DNA of 32,000 nucleotides from Halomicronema hongdechloris C2206 (GTDB lineage Bacteria; Cyanobacteriota; Cyanobacteriia; Phormidesmidales; Phormidesmidaceae): NCBI RefSeq assembly GCF_002075285.3, contig NZ_CP021983.2, positions 4,620,001 to 4,652,000 of the forward strand, read 5' to 3'. Shown piece by piece: positions 1 to 7,967 of this stretch (position 1 is its first letter; each line of letters starts with the position of its first letter). The notes under the pieces were generated by a model. It saw only the letters and a program-made list of their open reading frames with translations, ran no database searches and was not told where the DNA came from. The position numbers and the translations under genes were made by a program.

Positions 1-1137
1 TAGGGCTCGAATATGATCAGATACAGCGAAGTTATCGGTCTCCCCTGGTTCGGTCATGATGTTGCAGACATAGATCCGAGGCACGGCCTGTTCAGCAATG
101 GCATTGACAATATCAGGCACGAGCAAATTGGGGATAATACTGGTGTAGAGGCTACCAGGGCCAATGATGATGTAATCGGCTTCCTGGATCGCCTTCAAAG
201 CCCGGGGCAATGCTGGGGGATCTACAGGGCTGCATCCGATCTGTACGATGCGTCCGCGGGCATCAGCAATGTTTGATTCTCCTTCAATGCGACGACCGTC
301 GCTTAACTCTACCCATAGCCTTACATCGCTGAGGGTGGAGGGTAAGACCTGCCCCCTCACCGCCAGGACTTTAGAGCTAGCGGCAATGGCCTGCTCTAGG
401 TCGCCGGTGATTTCGTTCATGGCGGTCAGAAAGAGATTGCCAAAGCTGTGACCGACTAAGCCATTGCCAGCGCGAAACCGATATTGGAAGAGTTCTGTTA
501 ACAGTTTTTCTTCGTCGGCTAGGGCCGCTAGACAGCTGCGAATGTCCCCCGGTGGTAACACGCCAATCTCTCGCCGAAGTCGGCCCGAGGATCCGCCATC
601 ATCGGCTACGGTAACAATGGCAGTGATATTAGAGCTGTAATGTTTGAGTCCCCGTAACAGGTTAGAGAGCCCAGTCCCTCCCCCTAGTACGACAATTTTG
701 GGGCCGCGAGACAGTCGCCGTTGGGCATACAACACGTCTACTAGGTCTTCTTCATTGCCTGGCATCAAGACATTAGACATGGCCCCCAGGGTGCGGGTCT
801 GTCCCCAGAGAATTAACAGCAACCCACAGAGAATCGCCAAGGGGCCACTGACGAAATTAGGAATCACACTCGTGATGACCCTCAGGGTGGCCCCCAACAG
901 CTGTACGGTGTAGAAAATTGGCGTCAGCTTCAAGGTGATCAATGTCCCCAATCCCACTAAGAGGACTCCACCAACGCTCAGCAAGAGCCACCGTTTGACA
1001 AATAAACCGGGAGTGAGCCACTTAAACCAGCGATGACGGCGGCGGGGAACAACCAGAGGATATCTATTTCGGCGTCGGTGCCGTAGCCCACGAAAAAATC
1101 GGGTCATCAACTTGAGCAAGACTTTGGAACCAAACAT
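1..1137 (-). CDS. yvcK: YvcK/CofD-family (UPF0052, gluconeogenesis-factor-like) protein; 3' end lies beyond the window start
   Basis: Absent from the ORF track because the frame runs off the left edge. My translation of the minus strand from the ATG (complement of 1135-1137) is stop-free to base 1. It reads [69 protein letters not shown]... (hydrophobic N-terminus). Family hallmarks follow: [67 protein letters not shown]. An internal Met (MSNVLMPG) is an alternative start. Confidence 0.85.
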   Translation of the reverse strand, partial: MFGSKVLLKLMTRFFRGLRHRRRNRYPLVVPRRRHRWFKWLTPGLFVKRWLLLSVGGVLLVGLGTLITLKLTPIFYTVQLLGATLRVITSVIPNFVSGPLAILCGLLLILWGQTRTLGAMSNVLMPGNEEDLVDVLYAQRRLSRGPKIVVLGGGTGLSNLLRGLKHYSSNITAIVTVADDGGSSGRLRREIGVLPPGDIRSCLAALADEEKLLTELFQYRFRAGNGLVGHSFGNLFLTAMNEITGDLEQAIAASSKVLAVRGQVLPSTLSDVRLWVELSDGRRIEGESNIADARGRIVQIGCSPVDPPALPRALKAIQEADYIIIGPGSLYTSIIPNLLVPDIVNAIAEQAVPRIYVCNIMTEPGETDNFAVSDHIRAL

Positions 1138-1334
1138 TGCAATCAAGGGGCAACCTAGGTTGCCATCGACACAGGCGAGTATTCAGGCAGGAAGGGGGCG
1201 ATAGCAAGTGTAGCCATGGCGACCATACCCGCATGCCCCCCCGATTCTATCGAGCATTTGGTAAAGTCAAGGCAAGTAATTGGGCAACCTCCGGCCAATG
1301 CCTAAAATCCTGTCTATCCGTTGGTTAGATCGCT

Positions 1335-2159
1335 ATGGCGCAACCGTCATTTTCCCTGACCCCGTCCCAAGACTGCGGGCAAGAGAAGCCCCTTCTAGAG
1401 CTGCAAGGTATTTCTAAAAGCTTTGGGCCGAATAAGGTACTGAACCAGGTTAGCCTGACGGTGAACTATGGTGAAGCGGTTGCTATCATCGGGCCATCTG
1501 GCACTGGTAAGTCGACCATTTTGCGGATCATTGCTGGATTATTGCATAGAGATGCCGGAGACATATACATCAAGGGCCAGAAACGACTGGGGCTGATCGA
1601 AGATGCCCAAGATCCCGTTGGTATTGGCATGGTGTTTCAGCAGGCAGCTCTCTTTGACTCCCTGACGGTGGAGGAAAATGTTGGCTTCTTACTCTACCAA
1701 CACTCGAATCTAAGCCCCGATGAGATTCGACGATTGGTGGATGAGGTCTTAGACATGGTAGGGCTGCCTGGAATCGCCGATCAGTATCCGGCCCAGTTGT
1801 CAGGTGGTATGCGTAAGCGGGTGAGTTTTGCTAGGGCGATTATGTCTAATCCCAATAACCCAGCGGATCATCCAGAGTTACTCCTTTACGATGAGCCTAC
1901 TGCTGGGCTGGATCCGGTTGCTTCGACGGTGATCGAAGATTTGATTCGCGGGATTCACCGTCACCGAGGCTGTGGCTCTTATATCATCGTGACTCACCAG
2001 GACAGTACAATTCGACGAACGGCGGATCGGGTAATTTTTCTGCATCGGGGTAAAATCTGCTGGAGTGGTCCGGTGCAGGACATCGATACCACGGATAACC
2101 CCTATGTCCGCCAATTTTTCAGCGGTAGGGTGGAGGGACCAATTCAACTCGCCACTTGA
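1335..2159 (+). CDS. ABC transporter ATP-binding protein, MlaF/TGD3-like (lipid-trafficking type)
   Basis: Walker A GPSGTGKST, ABC signature LSGGMRKR and Walker B LLLYDEPTAGLD are present. A short insertion (SNPNNPADHPE) sits between the signature and Walker B, as I recall for plastid TGD3-type ATPases. An MCE/MlaD gene follows. Confidence 0.9.
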   Translation: MAQPSFSLTPSQDCGQEKPLLELQGISKSFGPNKVLNQVSLTVNYGEAVAIIGPSGTGKSTILRIIAGLLHRDAGDIYIKGQKRLGLIEDAQDPVGIGMVFQQAALFDSLTVEENVGFLLYQHSNLSPDEIRRLVDEVLDMVGLPGIADQYPAQLSGGMRKRVSFARAIMSNPNNPADHPELLLYDEPTAGLDPVASTVIEDLIRGIHRHRGCGSYIIVTHQDSTIRRTADRVIFLHRGKICWSGPVQDIDTTDNPYVRQFFSGRVEGPIQLAT

Positions 2160-2398
2160 CTGAGAGGTGATGTGCACACTGCTAGGCCATGCACTGAGGC
2201 TGTCAAGATCAGGGCGACCGTCGGTAAAAGCTTGCTTAAATTCTCTATAGAGCTGGCTTTGACAGTCCGCTAAGATTTTCTCGGCAATTAACTCTGAAAG
2301 GGGATGTCTTAATGGTAGGTTGACCGAGATAGCAATGGGTTCTTCTGGAAGAGACGGATGCCGACTAACAGGGGAAACACACCACGGTAGGAGGTTAT

Positions 2399-3691
2399 AT
2401 GCGGCCACAGGCGGTGCGACAGGGATCGGTGGGGTTGTTACTCTTGCTTGGGATTGGAATATTGGTGGGATTAGTGCTGTGGTTACGGGGCATTAATCCG
2501 GCCAACCGCAACTATCAATTCACCGTCATTTTTGAGAATACTCTGGGGATGCAACCTGGCACCGCGGTTCGCTATCGGGGGGTAACGGTGGGTCGGGTCT
2601 TGGAGATTCAGCCGACGGCCAATCGCATTGAGGTGGCGGTGGAGATCACTCGAGCTGATTTGCGTATTCCCAATGATGTTCGGATTGAGGCTAATCAGTC
2701 GGGATTTATCGGCGAAACCACTGTGGACATTACCCCTGTGGCTCAGTTGACTGAGGATGAATTGGCCATGATGCCCCGCAGTCGTGATTGCAATAGCGAG
2801 GTGATTATTTGCCAGGGAGATCGGTTGCCAGGGCAGATTGGCGTGAGTTATGAGGCGCTATTGCGCTCCACTGAGGAGTTGACCCGAGTATTAACGGATC
2901 CAGAACTGCGGTTGAGTCTCAAGGCAACTCTGGATAATACCGCTGCCCTGACCGAGAAAATGATTGGATTCACCGATGAGTTGACGGTATTGACAGAAAC
3001 CTTGGGCTCAGAGTTGGGTCCCCTAGCCGCTTCGGCCCGCCAAGCCACGGAGTCTACCAGTGTGGCAGCCAAGCAGGTTGAACTGACAGCGACGGAGGCG
3101 AACCGCCTGCTGACTAGCAATCGCACCAATATCAGTACCACTCTGGTGAATATTAATCGGAGCAGTGAGCGCTTGCTGGCGATTTTGGAAACCCTGCAGC
3201 CAGCTGTGCAGGGGGGAGACTTGTTGCAGAATCTGGAAACGCTCTCGGCCAACGCGGCATCGGCATCGGCTGATTTGCAGGAGATTACGGCGGCGTTTAA
3301 TACCCCGGCCAACTTGCTGATGCTGCAGCAGACCCTGGAATCGGCCCGGGATGTGTTTCAGAGTGCTCAGAAAATTATGGCGGATGTGGATGAACTGACT
3401 GGGGATCCTACTTTTCGTAATAATGTCCGGGACTTGATCAATGGGCTGAGTGGCTTGGTTTCGACCACAGAAACCTTGGAACGAGAGGTACAGTTGGCTC
3501 ACCTCCTGACTCCAGCCGAGGGCCAGTCTATGGCTGCCTTGACCTTGATGGCAACGCCCTTAACCCAGCCCATCTCCGAGGCAGATCAGCAGAATCAGCC
3601 GTCGATGGTGATTACCTACCGAGGGCAGCCCTATCGCTTGACGCGATCGCATCGACAGCCACAACGGTCCACCAAGCCATCTTCCCAGTAG
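2399..3691 (+). CDS. MlaD/MCE-domain (TGD2-like) substrate-binding protein with a long coiled-coil C-terminal extension
   Basis: GGAGG lies 6 nt upstream of the ATG. There is an N-terminal TM segment (VGLLLLLGIGILVGLVLWL). An MCE-like core follows (FENTLGMQPGTAVRYRGVTVGRVLEI...IEANQSGFIGETTVDI), then about 250 aa of heptad-like L/T/A/E-rich sequence. Confidence 0.85.
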   Translation: MRPQAVRQGSVGLLLLLGIGILVGLVLWLRGINPANRNYQFTVIFENTLGMQPGTAVRYRGVTVGRVLEIQPTANRIEVAVEITRADLRIPNDVRIEANQSGFIGETTVDITPVAQLTEDELAMMPRSRDCNSEVIICQGDRLPGQIGVSYEALLRSTEELTRVLTDPELRLSLKATLDNTAALTEKMIGFTDELTVLTETLGSELGPLAASARQATESTSVAAKQVELTATEANRLLTSNRTNISTTLVNINRSSERLLAILETLQPAVQGGDLLQNLETLSANAASASADLQEITAAFNTPANLLMLQQTLESARDVFQSAQKIMADVDELTGDPTFRNNVRDLINGLSGLVSTTETLEREVQLAHLLTPAEGQSMAALTLMATPLTQPISEADQQNQPSMVITYRGQPYRLTRSHRQPQRSTKPSSQ

Positions 3692-3910
3692 AGAGTATCT
3701 CAAGGGGTATACTGGCTCTGTGCCAGAGGCGGGGAGAGAAAGATGGCCTGAAGGGCAACTTGTGGGAGATCTCAGCAGAGATTTCAACGGCGGGGGGAAC
3801 TAGGTCCCTTTGAACAGGAGCTAGGTAGGATGAGAGTAGCAATTTCTAAATCGGCTGTGGTTAGATGGTTATTCTAAAAGAACAGTAGACCTCAACTGGG
3901 GATATTTCCG

Positions 3911-4699
3911 ATGCCCTCCCCTTGTCCTGGAATGAATCCCTACCTAGAGCACCCGGATCGGTGGTCAACAGTACATAACCGCTTGATTGTAGCGCTGGCG
4001 GATGCACTGACGCCGCAACTGTTGCCCAAGTACCAGGTTGATATTGAGAAACGCGTCTATGAAATCATAGGCGCTAATTCGCTGCTGGTGGGGCGACCTG
4101 ATGTGTCAGTGCAACGGCCTCGCCGCCCTGCCCCAGAACAGCCAGGTAATGTAATCGTTTCTCAGCCTGCAGGGGAGCCAGTTAAGGTCATCGTGCCCAT
4201 GTCGGAAGAAGTGCGCGAGGCCTATCTAGAAGTTAAAGAGGTAGCAACCCAGGCGGTCATCACTGCCATTGAAATTTTGTCCCCCAGTAATAAGCAGGGA
4301 GAAGGACGACAAAAATATGAGCAAAAGCGCCAGCAAGTTTTAAGTAGTCGCACTCATCTCGTTGAGATTGACCTTTTACGCGGGGGCAATCCTTTACCAA
4401 CCTTGGGGATGGATGTACCCAGCCATTATCGAATTTTGGTGAGTCGTGCTGACCAGCGCCCCATGGCTGATCTGTATGCGTTTGACTTACCTGACCCGAT
4501 TCCGGTGTTTACGCTGCCGCTACAGGCTGAAGATGAAGAACCGACAGTGTCACTTCAGGCACTCTTGACTGATATTTATGGGCGATCAGGCTACGACTAC
4601 TTTATTGATTACACCACTGAACCCCTGCCACCGCTCTCGCAGGAATTCGCTACCTGGATGGATGGTTTACTCCGGGAAAAAGGGCTGCGATCGGCTTAG
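3911..4699 (+). CDS. DUF4058 family protein (Uma2/DUF820-related, cyanobacteria-typical)
   Basis: The N-terminus MPSPCPGMNPYLEHPDRWSTVHNRLIVALADAL and the later EILSPSNK...HLVEIDLLRGG match my memory of the DUF4058 consensus. This is recognition only; no search was run. Confidence 0.7.
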   Translation: MPSPCPGMNPYLEHPDRWSTVHNRLIVALADALTPQLLPKYQVDIEKRVYEIIGANSLLVGRPDVSVQRPRRPAPEQPGNVIVSQPAGEPVKVIVPMSEEVREAYLEVKEVATQAVITAIEILSPSNKQGEGRQKYEQKRQQVLSSRTHLVEIDLLRGGNPLPTLGMDVPSHYRILVSRADQRPMADLYAFDLPDPIPVFTLPLQAEDEEPTVSLQALLTDIYGRSGYDYFIDYTTEPLPPLSQEFATWMDGLLREKGLRSA

Positions 4700-4869
4700 G
4701 TGCTTGCAAACGATAAGGCTGATGATTTGATTTTGGCCCATCTTACTGAGTTTGGCTTAGGGCTGTTGGAATTGCGCTGTCTTCAAGGGGGTGATTTTGA
4801 ACAGAGATAGACTGATGATGAAAGGTAGTTAGTATAGCTCGGTGCTAGAGCATCGTCAACGGGTGCTAG

Positions 4870-5070
4870 ACAATTTGGAAAACACCCCCCCCCTTGAAAA
4901 GCTATTTAGAAAAGGCTGTGGAGCAAGCTTATCCCAGTGCTCGTAAGCTCGCGATTAAAGCAGGTCAGCTGGCAAAGTTGGGAGTGCGGATGCCTGATGA
5001 ACGTGAGTACTCAATAGCCTGTCCGTTTGCGATCGCACAAATCCTGGACGAGGACTTTTTCGGACTGTGA
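4870..5070 (+). pseudogene. Remnant of a DUF29-family gene (C-terminal ~66 codons, no usable start)
   Basis: The frame opens right after TAG 4867-4869 and has no ATG until codon ~41. It translates to TIWKTPPPLKSYLEKAVEQAYPSARKLAIKAGQ...SIACPFAIAQILDEDFFGL*. This resembles the DUF29 C-terminal consensus (...SPSLK.Y.....Y..AR..A......FP..CP....QILD.D). A C9 homopolymer (4885-4893) encodes the PPP. Confidence 0.4.
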
Positions 5071-5226
5071 ATATGGAGTCTACTCAGTATAGCCATCGCC
5101 ACAATGCTTTGTGCGGTGGCGAGCCAGTCAGCCGGGCTATTGGACGATCAACCATGTCTAAGCTGACTGGCCAGCGCTATAAAAGAGAAACCCCTCGTTT
5201 TGCAATGCTTGATAAGTAGTCTGTTT

Positions 5227-5916
5227 CTAGGTCGGCCATTCTGGGGTGGCGCCCTTAAAGGTGACAACGAAGAGAATGTCTTCGATCAGCTCTTGCTCGA
5301 ATAGCTCGCGGACTCTTAAACCATTCGGCAAAACGATGACTCCAGGAGCGTCGGAAAAGGCCAACTCCCATTCACCGAAGGGCGATTTGCCCAACATGGC
5401 GAGCCAGCTTCCAGCGTTGCCTCGGCGAGTGCTGATGATACCGTCGATAGATTGCGCCCCACCGCCAAGTTTGCCGATACCGTTTTGCTCGGTGAAGTGT
5501 AGGTGACCGACAGGTACTTCAAAGGTTTCGCCGTCTTTGCGCACAAAGTAGAGCAGAACATGCTGAATTTTGAGGTTATCGAGGTTGGGGGGAAAGTCAG
5601 AGCGTTGAAGCTCGAATCGGACCGCCATGGGGGTAGCGGTGCAATCGGGATTGTTGAGGTCGTACCACTGATCGGCGAAGTCGTTGCGGAAGCTGAAGGC
5701 GCGATCGCCACTAAACCGATCGCCCAATTCTTGAATAACCTGTTGGCGATAGTCAAAGCTATCGAGGGCGGTGTATTCGATGGTGAAGAGGACATCGGCT
5801 ATTGTGCTGAAATCGAATCGGTTGGCAGCTTTGGGTAAGCGTAGTTCCCACAACGTATCAACGCCCATACCTTCGAAGGGCAACAACATGTCCTGAGGCT
5901 GGGGCGTGAGTTTCAA
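5227..5916 (-). pseudogene. TcA-like Tc-toxin subunit, extreme C-terminal fragment (downstream of a frameshift)
   Basis: LLPFEGMGVDTLWELRLPKAANRFDFSTIADVLFTIEYTA matches the ...RYLPFEG.G..S.W.L.L...FDY..I.DV......YTA segment of the TcA C-terminal region. It overlaps the upstream piece (5858-5916) in a different frame. Confidence 0.7.
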
Positions 5917-6502
5917 ATAACCCGGTGGCGTTGATGGCTGCCGTCAGGGCTACGGACTCGGGGGGACGCTTAACGGGAATCTTTTGGTAGAACCCGGTGC
6001 CGCCGATGACTACGCGGGATAAGCCAGTCGTGGATAGGGTCGCGTGGATGCCATCTGTGGGGGTAATTAGAGCAACCACGGAAGTTCGGACCCGAGTGAT
6101 GAGGCGGAGATAATGCCCCGGAAAATCCCGGTCGAAGTATTCCATAGCGGTTGCGAAGGGCAGCACACCAGTCTCGCGAAAGATCTGGAACTCACCGGGT
6201 GATAGCTGTACCAGGGAAAGGGTTTTGGTGAGCTGGAGTTTGCGCTGGTTGGTTTCAAAGGCGTAGAGATCGAGCTGTTCAATATCTTGCAGGAGCCGGG
6301 CTGAGCCGGTCAGGCCACGCCGATCAGGAGCGGCGCTGTGGGGGTCGCCTCCGATTTCCATGCCGGCGGGGGCTTCCCAATAGTCGGCCTGAATAAAGGC
6401 TGGCGGTGTCTCTTGCCGTTCAAAGCCCAGCTGACTTTCGGCCAGCTTAGCCATGGATGTGGCCTGCTGCAAGAAGAAGCTATACACGAATGGCACTGAC
6501 AT
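5858..6502 (-). pseudogene. TcA-like Tc-toxin subunit C-terminal fragment (TcB-binding region), N-terminally truncated by the IS
   Basis: LQQATSMAKLAESQLGFERQ, NQRKLQLTKTLSL and the diagnostic FDRDFPGHYLRLITRV.. motif (TcA consensus FD.D.PGHY.RRIKSVS) are present. Native sequence starts at 6487. The first five codons (ATG TCA GTG CCA TTC) are supplied by the IS left inverted repeat. Confidence 0.7.
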
Positions 6503-6505
6503 AAG
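6488..6505. repeat. IS left terminal inverted repeat
   Basis: 18/18 match to the reverse complement of 7950-7967. Confidence 0.9.
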
Positions 6506-6573
6506 AGAGCAAAAAAGGCTTCAAGCGCTTGATCTGTAAGAATCAAAGCGTCGAAGCCCATAACCATGTCTCT

Positions 6574-7944
6574 ATGATGCCGAATCGTGCAGCAGTCCTC
6601 AAGGAGCAATACCAGAACAGCATCGGTCTACCGTTTAGCGATGTGCTGCCGGAAGCAGAGATTCAGGCGGTGCTGGAGGCCCAGGGAGTCACTTATCGCC
6701 AAGTGCTTTACACCCCGATAGTGGTGCTGTGGAGTTGGCTGTCGCAAGTTCTCGATTCGGACAGCAGTTTGAGCCATGCTGTCAAGCGCGTGACGACCTG
6801 GATGCGGGTGGCTGGATTGAGCGTGCCGTCGGCGGATACGGGCGCCTACAGCAAAGCCCGCAAACGCTGGCCCGAATCGATTTTTCCACCGCTTGTAAAG
6901 CGCGTCGCCACGGCTTTACAGGCGCAGGTATCCCCAGCTCAGCGGTGGCGCGGTCGGGTCGTGAGGGCGTTTGATGCGACGACGATTTTGATGAGCGATA
7001 CCGAAGTGAATCAACGGGCGTATCCCCAGCACAGTAATCAAAAGAGCGGCTGTGGCTTTCCCCTCCTGAAGCTGCAAGTGTGGTTTTGTGTGACCACAGG
7101 AGCGGTATTGGAAGTCGCAATGGCTCCCTTTCGGGTCAGTGAATGGCGCTTAGCCCGTCACCTCTATCAGACGTTGTGCCCAGAGGATGTGGTGGTGGCC
7201 GATTCGGCTTACGGCACCTATGTCGATTTGGCTGGAGTCACCGCGATGGGAGCCGATGCCGTCTTTCGCAAGCATCATCAACGCCGTTGTGATTTCAGGC
7301 GCGGCAAAAAGCTAGGCATTGGCGACCACATCGTCCGGTGGCAGCGCCCGAAAAAATGTCCTCATGCCCTTTCACCGGAGGAGTTTGAGGCGTTGCCCGA
7401 GGCGCTTGAGGTGCGCGAAGTCTATCTCTCGATTCAAGTCCCTGGGTTTCGCCCGAGCAACTTTGTGGTAGTGACCACCTTGATAGACCCCAAACGCTAT
7501 CCTAGAGCCAAATTGGCCCAACTCTATCAGTTGCGTTGGCAAGCCGCTGAAGTCAATCTCAGACATCTCAAAACCACCTTAGCCATGGAGATGGTTGCCG
7601 CCAAAACCCCTACCATGGTGACTAAAAGTATTTGGGTGCATTTGTTGGCCTACAATCTGCTGCGAACGCTGATGTGGGAAGCCGGCGCCGATGCCGAGGT
7701 CGGGGCTTTGCGGCTCTCCCTACAGGGCACGCGGCAACAATTCAATCATTTCCGACCCGAGTTGCTGCATCTCTCGCCATCTGCGCGACCGCAAGGCTAC
7801 CAAGCCTTGTTAAACGCTGTGCGGGAGTTGATTATCCCTTTTCGACCGCACCGCTCAGAACCCCGAGTGGTCAAACGTCGCCCCAAACCGTTCCCCAGAA
7901 TGCAAGAACCGCGCTCGGTTGCGAAAGCTAAACTAGTTGCTTGA
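6574..7944 (+). CDS. IS4-family DDE transposase
   Basis: Candidate DDE residues are in RAFDATTILMSD and VVADSAYGTY. A YREK-like block (YQLRWQAAEVNLRHLK) is present. The track ORF begins at TTG 6529; the first in-frame ATG pair (MMPNRAAVLKEQ) is at 6574. Confidence 0.88.
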   Translation: MMPNRAAVLKEQYQNSIGLPFSDVLPEAEIQAVLEAQGVTYRQVLYTPIVVLWSWLSQVLDSDSSLSHAVKRVTTWMRVAGLSVPSADTGAYSKARKRWPESIFPPLVKRVATALQAQVSPAQRWRGRVVRAFDATTILMSDTEVNQRAYPQHSNQKSGCGFPLLKLQVWFCVTTGAVLEVAMAPFRVSEWRLARHLYQTLCPEDVVVADSAYGTYVDLAGVTAMGADAVFRKHHQRRCDFRRGKKLGIGDHIVRWQRPKKCPHALSPEEFEALPEALEVREVYLSIQVPGFRPSNFVVVTTLIDPKRYPRAKLAQLYQLRWQAAEVNLRHLKTTLAMEMVAAKTPTMVTKSIWVHLLAYNLLRTLMWEAGADAEVGALRLSLQGTRQQFNHFRPELLHLSPSARPQGYQALLNAVRELIIPFRPHRSEPRVVKRRPKPFPRMQEPRSVAKAKLVA

Positions 7945-7949
7945 TACGG

Positions 7950-7967
7950 CTTATGTCAGTGCCATTC
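7950..7967. repeat. IS right terminal inverted repeat
   Basis: 18/18 inverted match to 6488-6505. On the minus strand it contributes the last codons and the TAA stop (..RMALT*) of the TcB-like ORF. Confidence 0.9.

Larger units (their letters stand above)
6488..7967 (+). mobile_element. IS4-family insertion sequence, 1480 bp, perfect 18-bp terminal inverted repeats, no flanking direct repeat
   Basis: GAATGGCACTGACATAAG at 6488-6505 is the exact reverse complement of CTTATGTCAGTGCCATTC at 7950-7967. A single DDE transposase ORF fills the interior. The flanks (..GCTATACAC | TACCAAAGA..) share no duplication. Confidence 0.9.

Noticed and set aside
13-913. Plus-strand track ORFs 13-276, 248-451 and 644-913
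   Set aside because: They are antisense or off-frame shadows of the minus-strand yvcK-like gene, whose translation carries unmistakable family motifs. Their own products are R/S/P-rich with no recognisable motif.
1878-3842. Minus-strand ORFs overlapping the ABC ATPase and MlaD genes (1878-2408, 2848-3312, 3023-3502, 3560-3842)
   Set aside because: They overlap strongly supported plus-strand genes, and their compositionally biased translations have no family resemblance.
5073-5219. 48-codon ORF MESTQYSHRHNALCGGEPVSRAIGRSTMSKLTGQRYKRETPRFAMLDK, which contains a 10-bp inverted repeat (GCCAGTCAGC at 5122-5131 / GCTGACTGGC at 5161-5170)
   Set aside because: I see no family resemblance or convincing RBS. 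The hairpin lacks a T-tract on either strand, so neither a gene nor a terminator can be supported.
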